This document shows positions 1 to 10,880 of a DNA stretch of 64,000 nt, in pieces. The notes under the pieces are model-generated. The model searched no databases. It had not been told where the DNA came from and was given only the letters and a program-made list of their open reading frames with translations. This DNA is from Octopus vulgaris. Its lineage: Eukaryota. The position numbers and the translations under genes were made by a program. The stretch is taken from NCBI GenBank assembly GCA_951406725.2, contig OX597821.1, forward strand, positions 40,982,001 to 41,046,000, in the 5' to 3' direction. Each line of letters starts with the position of its first letter. Positions within the stretch are counted from its first letter, which is position 1.

Positions 1-205
1 ATCAATAATGTCTGGCAGAAGGTTTTTATCTTTTCTAGTTTTTCTTTCTTTTCTTCTTTTTCCTTACTATAGATGGAAATGTTCTCGTATTTTTTATATT
101 CCGGTAAATACAGGAATTCTATATGACCTGCAAGGAACACCAACTGAATTTCGTTTATGAGTAAATAATAACAAATGTTGTATGTATAGAAGATTACCCT
201 CCCAA

Positions 206-239
206 GTACATACATGCATGCATACATACATACATTCAT

Positions 240-284
<45 letters not shown>

Positions 285-462
285 CTTATATATATATATA
301 TATATATATATAAGTATATATATGTATGTATACATTTATATATAGGTATATGTATATATGTGAGTGTGTGTGTGTATATATATACATATATATATATATA
401 TGCATACATATATACACATATCTATATGCATACATATACATATATATATGTGTGTGTGTATG

Positions 463-500
<38 letters not shown>

Positions 501-542
501 AAGACGTATATACTGCATGTTTGTGTGCATGTGTGTGTGTGC

Positions 543-587
<45 letters not shown>

Positions 588-603
588 TGTGCATGTGTGT
601 GTG
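206..603. repeat. Compound microsatellite (TACA)n/(CA)n/(TA)n/(TG)n
   Basis: Directly visible; explains the overlapping HT/YI/CV-repeat ORFs. Confidence 0.97.
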
Positions 604-1429
604 AAAGAAAAAGCAAGAGAAACAAGGTCTATCTGGTAGCAGCAGCAACTCACAACCTGCCTAAATCAAAACACGAAGCTAATGCTTTACTGAAAAACCA
701 TTGAAAATTTACTCCGACACTCCAAAACCCTTCAAAACAGTTGACCGACATTCAAATACTTCGCCCTATGAACCACCTCTCTCTACCTGTCATCTCACCT
801 ATTCCCACAATTCTCTTCTACCTGCAAAATAACAGAATCAGAAATACATCATCTTTATCCTTGTAATGTCATCAGGTACCAGAAAAAGTGAACACTTAGA
901 AATTACTTAACTTTTTTTCTTCTTTTTGCTGCCATCTCTTCTCAACTTCTTTATATTTTGTTTATGGCAGCGACTTGATATGTATTTATTTACCCCATTA
1001 TAGGGTTTCCCATTTAAGCTTACACTCCCAGTACGTTTCATTATGTACCCCTATATTTATATAGGTGTATGTATACTTTAGTTAGTTCACCCTTCAACCT
1101 ACAGCCACCATTTTCTTTCTACTTTCTCAAACACCATTTCTCATATTCATCATTTTTCTCTGTCACTTACCTTCTGTTTTCTTCTTTCTTCATATCCTTT
1201 TTGTATTTATATGCACATGTAAACATTACATGTTTCTATGAGTGTGAGAGAGTGTGTGTATATATATATATAAACGCTACACCAAGAGCAAACACTGAAT
1301 CAGATCTACCTATCTACATGCCTGCAATACACTACCAACTCATAATATCTCATGGTTGTTCTACCTCACTTTGGACCCTATGTTGTGGTACCTAGCCAAT
1401 TCTGATGTCTTGCATGTTGATCTGCCTAG

Positions 1430-2132
1430 ATTCTTGCTAACTACATGGTTCTGGGTTCAGTCCGGCTGTGTGGCACCTAGGGCAAGTGTCTTCTACTATA
1501 GCCTCGGGCCAACCAAAGCCTTGTGAATGGATTTGGTAGACGGAAACTGAAAGAAACCCATTGTATATATATATGTATGTATACAATGGGTTTCTTTCAG
1601 TTTCTGTCTAAAAGGCGGCGAGCTGGCAGAAACGTTAGCACGCCGGGCAAAATGCGTAACCGTATTTCGTCTGCCGTTACGTTCTAGGTTCAAATTCCGC
1701 TGAGGTCGACTTTGCCTTTCATCCTTTCGGGGTCGATAGATTAAGTACCAGTTATGCACTGGGGTCGATGTAATCGATTTAATCCATTTGTGTGTCCTTG
1801 TTTGTCCCCTCTGTGTTTAGGCCTTTGTGGGTAGTAAAGAAATATATATATATGTATGTATGTATATAGTGCTTGCGTGTGTGTGTGTGTGTGTGTGTCT
1901 GTGTGTGTCTCTGTGTGTCTGTGTGTGTGTGTTTGTTTGTGTCTGTGTTTGCCCCACCATCACTACTGATGCTGCTGTGTTTACGTCCCCACAACTTAGC
2001 AATTCAGCAAAAGAGACCAATAGAATAAGTACTAAGACCAATAGAATAAGTCCTGAGGTCGATTTGTTCAACTATAGGCAGTGCTCCAGCATGGCCACAG
2101 TCAAATGACTGAAACAAGTAAAAGAATCAAAG
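1430..2132 (+). mobile_element. tRNA-derived SINE family A, interrupted by a family B SINE
   Basis: GGTTCAGTCC B-box-like head, ggcaagtgtcttctactatagcc body and ...tgactgaaacaagtaaaaga tail shared with many copies in the window. Confidence 0.85.
1612..1843 (+). mobile_element. tRNA-derived SINE family B, full length, nested in SINE A
   Basis: aaggcggcgagctggcagaa head, GGTTCAAATTCC B-box, gcctttcatcctttcggggtcgat core, ...gggtagtaaagaaata tail. Confidence 0.9.
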
Positions 2133-2184
2133 AATATATACACACACGTGTATACGTATATATCATCAACATCATCATCATTCC

Positions 2185-2706
2185 ATTATCATTTAACATC
2201 CATTTTCTCTGCTGGCATGGGTTGGACATTTTAACAGGAACTGGCCAGCTAAAGAGCTGCCCGGTCTCCATGTTTGTTTGGCACGGCTTCTATAGCTGGA
2301 TGCCCTTCCTAATGCCAACCTCTTTACAGAGTGGACTGAGTGGTCCTATGCAACACCATCTTAGTATGAGAGCTTTTTACGTGATACCAGCACCCACAAG
2401 CCCTCAAGGTTAAGAACACACAACAGAAAAGGGATGCAGGGGCAATGTCTGTATGCAAGGAGAATCCCGATTTTACTTAGCTTGATGTGTCTTCTCAAAC
2501 ACAGCAAACCACCCGGGGTCACCTCTGTCATCTGCTCTGAAGATCCTTTCTCACTACTTCATTCCACATCTTTCTGGGTCTAACCTTTCCATGTGTTCCC
2601 TCAACAATTAGAGATTGGCTCCTCTTCATGCAACTGTCTTCATTCATATACATTATATGGCCATACCAGTACAATCTTCTCTCTTACACACTGCATCTGA
2701 TGCCTC
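2185..2706 (-). mobile_element. RTE-clade LINE 3' fragment
   Basis: Reverse complement matches the ORF end and ggaagggcatccagct...gttaaatgatgatg tail of the copies at 23306 and 38632. Confidence 0.8.
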
Positions 2707-2714
2707 ATATATAG

Positions 2715-3136
2715 AGGCGCAGGAGTAGCTGTGTGGTAAGTAGCTTGCTTACCAACCACATGGTTCTGAGTTCAATCCCACTGCGTGGCACCTTGGGCAA
2801 GTGTCTTCTTCTATAGCCTCGGGCTTACCAAAGCTTTGTGGGTGGATTTGGTTGATGGAAACTGAAAGAAGCCCATCGTATATGTATATATATATATGTG
2901 TATGTGTGTGTGTGTCTGTGTGTGTATATGTGTGTGTGTGTCTGTGTTTGTTCCCCCACATTCGCTTGACAACCAATGCTGGTGTCTTTACGTCCCCGTC
3001 ACTTAACGATTCGGCAAGAGACCCCGATAGAATAAGTACTAGATTTACAAAGAATAAGTCCTGGAGTCCATTTGCTCAACTAAAGGTAGTGCTCCAGCAT
3101 GGCCACAATCGAATGACTGAAACAATTAAAAGAATA
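2715..3136 (+). mobile_element. SINE family A, full length
   Basis: aggcgcaggagt head with A/B-box-like motifs, internal (TA)/(TG) tract, family tail. Confidence 0.9.
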
Positions 3137-3538
3137 AAAAAAATAGCTTTGAATGAAAAGAGGTTGCTCTTTCACAGGGATGTATTTCATCCGAATGTAC
3201 ACCAGTTTATCTCCATATTGATTAATTTTCCTGGAATTTGTTAATTTGTGTTCATATTAATGCTTATCAATGGTTCTTCTTTGACATTAGCGCTTAACAC
3301 TTACAAAGTTCCAGTTGTTGTTATAGATATTTTCATCTAACCAATATAGGAGAACAGAATTTAATGATGTAAAGTATAGAAGCCATCTTATCATGGCTAA
3401 CCACATTGGAGAGGGGGTGTTACTGTAGCTTTATAACCCCAAGAGATTGTCGTCTCTAGCTGGCTTTAGACACAATATCAGTGTCCTTGGAGTATTTGCA
3501 AAGAGAGGCCATCCCTTCCTCACAAGCCTGAGTGATAC

Positions 3539-3579
3539 GCTCGAACTAGTTTCAGGATTGTTGTCCCTCATCAACGGGC
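3539..3579 (-). ncRNA. Minimal type I hammerhead-like motif with variant core, probably a Penelope-type relic
   Basis: Minus strand reads gcccg-TTGATGA-ggga caacaa tcct-GAAAC-TA-GTT-cgagc: stem I with one mismatch, stem II, palindromic stem III (ACTAGT), core C3 changed to U. Confidence 0.6.
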
Positions 3580-4098
3580 GGTAACCACCAGGTCGCGATG
3601 AAGGTGAAGGCTGCTTTGCAAATATATATAAGTTTTTCTAGTGGCGTCTGCCACTGATGTCGAAAAACAAACAGTAAGCATAATTAAATCTCATAACAAA
3701 GAAAATGGAGAGTGTGAACACACAAAATTAATTTATTTAGATAATAGTTAATTTCATGTCATCTACGCACGTTTCAATTCCCACTTTCATTCATATTTTA
3801 CAATTAAAATTGCATTATGAATTTAAAAGGTATCTAAATAAATAAATTAACAGTCATATTAAATAAATGAGGGATAGAGAGCTTATTATACTCATAAGAA
3901 AAGAGAATATATGTGTGTATATGTCTGTGTGTATGAGTATGTGTGTGTGTGTGTGCAGTGTGTGTGTGTGTGCAGGTAAATGTGTGTGTGTGTGTGTGTG
4001 CAGGTAAATGTGTGTGTGTATGCATGCACGCATGTGTGTGTGTGTGCATGTTTGTATGTATATATGTACATATTTATATTTTATAGATTTTAAATAAT

Positions 4099-4304
4099 AG
4101 GTGCAGGAGTAGCTGTGTGGTAAGTTCAGTTCCACTGCATGATACCTTGAGCAAGTGTCTTCTATTATAGCCTTTGGGCTGACCAAAGCCTTGTGAGTGA
4201 ATTTGGTAGACAGAAAGACTGAAAGAAGCCCATCATATACGTGTGTGTGTGTTTGTCACCCCCAACATCACTTGACAACTGATGTTGATGTGTTTATGTC
4301 CCCA

Positions 4305-4308
<4 letters not shown>
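4099..4308 (+). mobile_element. SINE family A, partial
   Basis: Similarity to 2715-3136. Confidence 0.8.
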
Positions 4309-4370
<62 letters not shown>

Positions 4371-4493
4371 TAGGTAACTAGGTAGGTAGATAGGTAGATA
4401 GGTAGGTTGGTAGGTAGGTAAATAGGTAGGTAGGTTGTTGGTAGGTAGGTAGGTAGGTAGGTAGGTAGGTAGGCAAGTAGGCAGGCAGGTAGT

Positions 4494-4571
<78 letters not shown>
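4309..4571. repeat. (TA)n(GA)n(TAGG)n(TAGA)n microsatellite
   Basis: Directly visible. Confidence 0.97.
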
Positions 4572-4850
4572 TGTATAGCATTTGCATGCACCATCAGTAG
4601 AGTGATTAAGTTGAATTTCTCTTCACATATTCTTCTAAAGCCTCTTGAAAAAGCATGAACATCACAGGTCTTCTCTGGCCATGAAAGCAATAAATACTGG
4701 CTTTTGTATGTAGGTAAATGGAACTAATATGTGAAGCTTATGCAGCATAAGATTAATGATGACGAGAATAGCATTTTCTGTTTAGATAATGAAAGAAATT
4801 ACTACACCACAAATAGATAGGTCAAAGTAGGAAAATAAATAGCTTTTCTA

Positions 4851-5060
4851 AGATTATTATAATTATGTTTCTTATAATTATGATTATTATAATTATTATA
4901 GATTATAATTATTATAGATTATAATTATTATAATTATCATAATTATTATAGATTATTATAATTATGATTATTATAATTATTATATATATAATTATTATAA
5001 TTATAATTATTATAATTATTATAGATTATAATTATTATAATTATAGATTATTATAATTAT
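4851..5060. repeat. Degenerate AT-rich (ATAATTATT/ATAGATT) minisatellite
   Basis: Directly visible. Confidence 0.9.
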
Positions 5061-5079
5061 GCAGAACTGTCTATTGCTA

Positions 5080-5262
5080 GTGTCATGAAAACAGGTACCC
5101 AGACACACTGTAAAGTATCTGGCATTAGATGGGGCATCCAATGATAGAAGCTGACAATAGGGCCTGACTGTTCAGTGGCTCATCGGATCCAGTCAAACCA
5201 TCCAACTCATCCCAGAATGGAAAATGAATGTTAAATGATGATGATGATGATGATGATGATAA
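5080..5262 (+). mobile_element. RTE LINE 3' tail fragment
   Basis: ggcatcca...ccaactcatcccagaatggaaa...gttaaatgatgatg. Confidence 0.7.
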
Positions 5263-6466
5263 TGATAACTCATGTACTTTTAGTTCAGGTACTTAGGTAT
5301 CTTAATATGTCTAGTATATCTCATGAAATATTACTTATTGGAATAAAGTAGTTAGAACTGCTCCAAGATGCCCTAAGAAGTTAAGGAAATGAAGCAGGAA
5401 GATTAGATGAAATTATAAAGAACACGCCAGCACGTATCAACAAATTAATGTTGCACCTTTAAATTAGAATTGGATTTGACCGATGTGTTGCTGAATGCAT
5501 GCACCTACTGAAATACACATTAGCAACTTAGCCTCTTGTAGAGATTAGCAAAGTGACATTTTATTTAAATTTTTTTTTTGTAAGACATTGCTTTGAAAAT
5601 TTAATTAATTCCAAAACATTACAACTGACCCTGCACTTGTGGATTTCCAAGATAACTTTTCAGTTAGGAATTAGTTTATTTCCATTCACTAATGTATAAG
5701 GAAAGCTTGCTAAATGCTATTTTCTAATCTCTTTGGTGGAACACATCTTTCACTCTGATAGACATTTTTTTTTTCAATCATTTTTTTTTTGTTTTTTATT
5801 ATTTTACCTATTTTTTTTCTGCCGTACTTTATTTCTTATTTCTTTACCATCACTTATAATTGATGGGGAAAAATCGCAAAAGATTTTCTTGTACTAAAAC
5901 CTCTGCAATCTCATGCTGAAATTTAATCACTAGAAAAGGATGTTGTAAAGTAAACAAACCCAAAAGGCTAAATAAAATTATAAAACAAAACATATTATGA
6001 TAGAACCATAACATGCACATTAAAACAAAAAAAAAACAGAACAAATTAATGACAGATTCAAAGCAAAAACCTTTAACAATACCAGGAAATTCTCAATGCA
6101 TTATCTTAGTAATAAATTTGCTAATATGAGGATTCAAATAATGTACGCTCAAACCGAGAGAGAAAAAAAAAAGCTGATAAACATATAGAATGGTTTTCTT
6201 TAGGCATCAAAACAGAATGACTGAAAACATATATGTTGATATTATATCACTTTAAAACAAACATTTGATTATAATAATCCATTTGTGAAAAACTGTTTCT
6301 ATGTATATGCATGCCTGTATATGTGTGTGTGTGTGTGTGTATTCATGTGCTTTTGTTTGTGTGTATGTGTGTGTGTATACATGCATATCTAAGGTGATAT
6401 TTAAGTCATAAGAAATATTCTGACACATATATTTGGTATTGTTAATCCTTGTTTAGTCTCTCTCTT

Positions 6467-6514
<48 letters not shown>

Positions 6515-7164
6515 AATGTATCTATGTACCTTTCTATTTATCTATCCATCTACCCTCGCTCTCTACATATATAATCTACCCACCTGTCTACCTATCTATC
6601 CATCTATCTATTTCTTTGTCTTATATACAAAGTGTTTACATATAATTATACATAACACACACACACACATACACACACCAGTAATATTATACCCAATCTC
6701 ATATCAAGTACTTTAACCCTGACAGAAAAAAGTTAAAGAATCTTCACAAGTTGGGAATATGTTGAATATCATAACATAATGACAAACTGTGTCTTGAAAA
6801 GTGAGAGAGAGAGAGAGAGAGAGAGACATAGATGGTAAAATTGGAATAGAAGGGAAGAGCTAGAAACAGCCAACAGAACAGATGTAGATACAATAAGTCA
6901 ACGCGTACATAGAAATAAATCCCGTGTGTTTGTATGAATTCATGAATGAAGATGGGTTGCAAGGAGATTGCAAGCTTCTCACACTACAGCATGGCCCGTG
7001 GCTACCTTTAACAGAGTCCATTCTGTTATAAGCATTTAGATCAGGTTGCTGGTATGAGAATATCGCATTCTCTACCTCTCACAAGTCTTGGAGACAGTAA
7101 CAAAGGCAAAAGGGCTGACCTTATACTTCTGGTTCAGGCATAAAAAATGAAAATGATACCAAAA

Positions 7165-7500
7165 GTGCAATGCAGGTTCAATTCCTATCTGTCTGTTTAT
7201 AATTTATCAATTTGTTGTTCTTTCTTTCTCATATATATATATATATATATATATAAAACCATCCGAGCATCCGAGCGTGCAATGCAGGTTCAATTCCTAT
7301 CTGTCTGTTTATAATTTATCAATTTGTTGTTCTTTCTTTCTCATTATATATATATATATATATATATAAAACCATCCGAGCATCCGAGTGTGCAATGCAG
7401 GTTCAATTCCTATCTGTCTGTTTATAATTTATCAATTTGTTGTTCTTTCTTTCTCATTATATATATATATATATATATATATAAAACCATCCGAGCATCC
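7165..7500. repeat. Three tandem copies of a 112-113 bp unit containing a (TA)n tract
   Basis: gtgcaatgcaggttcaattcctatctg starts at 7165, 7277 and 7390. Confidence 0.95.
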
Positions 7501-7922
7501 AGAGCAACAAACTGGCTTCTGTGTCGGTGGCACATAAAAAGCACAATTCGAGCATGATTGTTACCTGCGATGCCTTACTGCCACTTGTGCTGGTGGTACG
7601 TGAAAACAACATTTGAGTGAGATCATTGCCATTGCCACTGGACTGGCTCCTGTGTACGTGGCACATAAAAGACATTTTAGTGTGGCCATTGCTGGTACCG
7701 TCTCACTGGCCCTCATTCCGGTGGAACGTAAAAGCACCCACTACACTCTCAGAATGGTTGGTGTTAGGAAGGGCATCCAGCTGTAGAAACTCTGCCAGAT
7801 CAGATTGGAGCCTGGTGCAGCCATCTGGTTTGCCAGACATCAGTCAAATCGTCCAACCCATGCTAGCACGGAAAGCGGACGTTAAATGATGAAGATGATG
7901 ATGATGATGATGATGATGATGA
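7483..7922 (+). mobile_element. RTE LINE 3' UTR with internal ~60 bp repeats and (GAT)n tail
   Basis: Same tail as the RTE ORF-bearing copies at 23306-24092 and 38632-39517. Confidence 0.85.
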
Positions 7923-7925
7923 ATG

Positions 7926-7957
<32 letters not shown>

Positions 7958-8406
7958 TTAATAAGGGTGAGAGAATTAGATACTAATTTAATAGTATATT
8001 TATTCCACACCAAGTGGCCTAGTGCTACGAGAAACCTGGATTATTATAATATTTTATAACATATTATAATATTTTCACAAAATAAATATAAGAGAGTGGT
8101 CACTATATTGATCACTCTAGCACCAGTTAATCCAAAAGGTTTCAACCACGAAAAATACATGTTTCCCATGAAAGCCAGTACGACTGTTAGCTCACACGGA
8201 CAGGGCAAATAAAAAATAACAAAAATAACAAAAACATTAATTATAATTATGCTGCATTTATTTCTAAATGCTGTATTTGTTTTCCGTGAGAGTTTGGCGC
8301 GCTGTTGGTTGGGGCATTTGAATTATAACGTCCGATGTAATCAATTGAACCGCACGCGTATTTATCGTTATGGTAAAATCTGGCGTGTGATTGAGTGGAT
8401 TTCATC

Positions 8407-8500
8407 CAGATAGTCTTGGCTGAAGAGCTACAAATGGATTATTGTAAGTAATATTACATTTAATTCATTAATAGCGAAACAATTGTCCCAAAATAATCTG
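8407..8500 (+). ncRNA. Type I hammerhead ribozyme, copy 1
   Basis: Stem I cagat..ttgg/ccaa..atctg; core CTGAAGA 8420-8426; stem II gcta...tagc 8427-8475; GAAA 8476-8479; stem III AC-AATT-GT; GTC triplet with predicted cleavage after 8487. Confidence 0.88.
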
Positions 8501-8940
8501 TATTTTTGTTATTTTTTATTTGCCCTGTCCGTGTGAGCTAACTGTCGTACTGGCTTTCATGGGAAACATGTATTTTTCGTGGTTGAAACCTTTTGGATTA
8601 ACTGGTGCTAGAGTGATCAATATAGTGACCACTCTCTTATATTTATTTTGTGAAAATATTATAATATGTTATAAAATATTATAATAATCCAGGTTTCTCG
8701 TAGCACTAGGCCACTTGGTGTGGAATAAATATACTATTAAATTAGTATCTAATTCTCTCACCCTTATTAATTAATTATAATTATGCTGCATTTATTTCTA
8801 AATGCTGTATTTGTTTTCCGTGAGAGTTTGGCGCGCTGTTGGTTGGGGCATTTGAATTATAACGTCCGATGTAATCAATTGAACCGCACGCGTATTTATC
8901 GTTATGGTAAAATCTGGTGTGTGATTGAGTGGATTTCATC

Positions 8941-9034
8941 CAGATAGTCTTGGCTGAAGAGCTACAAATGGATTATTGTAAGTAATATTACATTTAATTC
9001 ATTAATAGCGAAACAATTGTCCCAAAATAATCTG
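8941..9034 (+). ncRNA. Type I hammerhead ribozyme, copy 2
   Basis: Same sequence as 8407-8500, offset +534. Confidence 0.88.
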
Positions 9035-9474
9035 TATTTTTGTTATTTTTTATTTGCCCTGTCCGTGTGAGCTAACAGTCGTACTGGCTTTCATGGGAAA
9101 CATGTATTTTTCGTGGTTGAAACCTTTTGGATTAACTGGTGCTAGAGTGATCAATATAGTGACCACTCTCTTATATTTATTTTGTGAAAATATTATAATA
9201 TGTTATAAAATATTATAATAATCCAGGTTTCTCGTAGCACTAGGCCACTTGGTGTGGAATAAATATACTATTAAATTAGTATCTAATTCTCTCACCCTTA
9301 TTAATTAATTATAATTATGCTGCATTTATTTCTAAATGCTGTATTTGTTTTCCGTGAGAGTTTGGCGCGCTGTTGGTTGGGGCATTTGAATTATAACGTC
9401 CGATGTAATCAATTGAACCGCACGCGTATTTATCGTTATGGTAAAATCTGGTGTGTGATTGAGTGGATTTCATC

Positions 9475-9568
9475 CAGATAGTCTTGGCTGAAGAGCTACA
9501 AATGGATTATTGTAAGTAATATTACATTTAATTCATTAATAGCGAAACAATTGTCCCAAAATAATCTG
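9475..9568 (+). ncRNA. Type I hammerhead ribozyme, copy 3
   Basis: Same sequence as 8407-8500, offset +1068. Confidence 0.88.
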
Positions 9569-10008
9569 TATTTTTGTTATTTTTTATTTGCCCTGTCCGT
9601 GTGAGCTAACAGTCGTACTGGCTTTCATGGGAAACATGTATTTTTCGTGGTTGAAACCTTTTGGATTAACTGGTGCTAGAGTGATCAATATAGTGACCAC
9701 TCTCTTATATTTATTTTGTGAAAATATTATAATATGTTATAAAATATTATAATAATCCAGGTTTCTCGTAGCACTAGGCCACTTGGTGTGGAATAAATAT
9801 ACTATTAAATTAGTATCTAATTCTCTCACCCTTATTAATTAATTATAATTATGCTGCATTTATTTCTAAATGCTGTATTTGTTTTCCGTGAGAGTTTGGC
9901 GCGCTGTTGGTTGGGGCATTTGAATTATAACGTCCGATGTAATCAATTGAACCGCACGCGTATTTATCGTTATGGTAAAATCTGGCGTGTGATTGAGTGG
10001 ATTTCATC

Positions 10009-10102
10009 CAGATAGTCTTGGCTGAAGAGCTACAAATGGATTATTGTAAGTAATATTACATTTAATTCATTAATAGCGAAACAATTGTCCCAAAATAATC
10101 TG
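10009..10102 (+). ncRNA. Type I hammerhead ribozyme, copy 4
   Basis: Same sequence as 8407-8500, offset +1602. Confidence 0.88.
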
Positions 10103-10245
10103 TATTTTTGTTATTTTTTATTTGCCCTGTCCGTGTGAGCTAACAGTCGTACTGGCTTTCATGGGAAACATGTATTTTTCGTGGTTGAAACCTTTTGGAT
10201 TAACTGTTGCTAGAGTGATCAATATAGTGACCACTCTCTTATATT

Positions 10246-10281
<36 letters not shown>

Positions 10282-10285
<4 letters not shown>

Positions 10286-10504
10286 AGAAAATGGAGAAAA
10301 CTTCAGATCAACAAACAAATCAATTGGACCACATCTGCAGCTTAGTTAATATGTAAAACATGACAACATTTATGTGACATAACAATTCTTACAGCCGTTT
10401 CTGCTTCCGATACCAGTCAGTATCGGAAGCAGAATAATAATAAGCTGTAGATGTGGTCCAATTGATTTGTTTGTTGATCTGATTTTTTTCTCCATTTTCT
10501 CATT
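10282..10504. repeat. Fold-back (inverted repeat) element, probable Penelope pseudo-LTR relic
   Basis: About 63 bp outer arms (10282-10344 and 10441-10504), inner 15 bp hairpin ttctgcttccgatac/gtatcggaagcagaa, minus-strand GAAACGGCTGTA. Confidence 0.7.
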
Positions 10505-10780
10505 ATTTATGTTTGATTCCTGATAAACTTTTGTCTATTCTGTTGTTACCTGTACACTACTGAGCATAGTTTGCCTGCATACCCATGTACAGAGATGGGG
10601 GTGCGGGAACGCATGTGGGGTGGGGTTGGTGGTGGTTGGGGGTGGGTGGAGGAGGTATCGATGAAGAGAGAAGGTAGGAGTGAAGAGAGGAAGTAGGTGT
10701 CAGATGAAGAGAGGAGTGTGTGTATATACATAAATATTATGTATATGTATGTATGTGTGCGTGTGTGTATGTGTGTATAC

Positions 10781-10824
<44 letters not shown>

Positions 10825-10880
10825 GGGTAAACAGGTAGATTAGGTATACACACACATACGTATATATATAAATATATATA

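Larger units (their letters stand above)
7949..10247 (+). mobile_element. Hammerhead-ribozyme-bearing tandem/inverted repeat element (candidate retrozyme or non-autonomous Penelope-like element)
   Basis: 7949-8227 is the reverse complement of 8501-8779; 534 bp period (gctgcattta at 8251, 8785, 9319, 9853); (TA)n on both flanks; one hammerhead per unit. Confidence 0.85.

Noticed and set aside
286-704. Overlapping ORFs rich in HT/YI/CV repeats (also near 25 kb, 27.5 kb, 59.4 kb and 61 kb)
   Set aside because: They are translations of dinucleotide microsatellites that lack stop codons
793-832. Possible 23-nt minus-strand micro-exon (ttttgcag...gtgaga)
   Set aside because: Not frame-preserving, no other support, and expected by chance
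8236-10247. CRISPR array or plain satellite interpretation
   Set aside because: Units are 534 bp with no unique spacers, the context is eukaryotic, and the inverted arm plus ribozyme point to a retroelement
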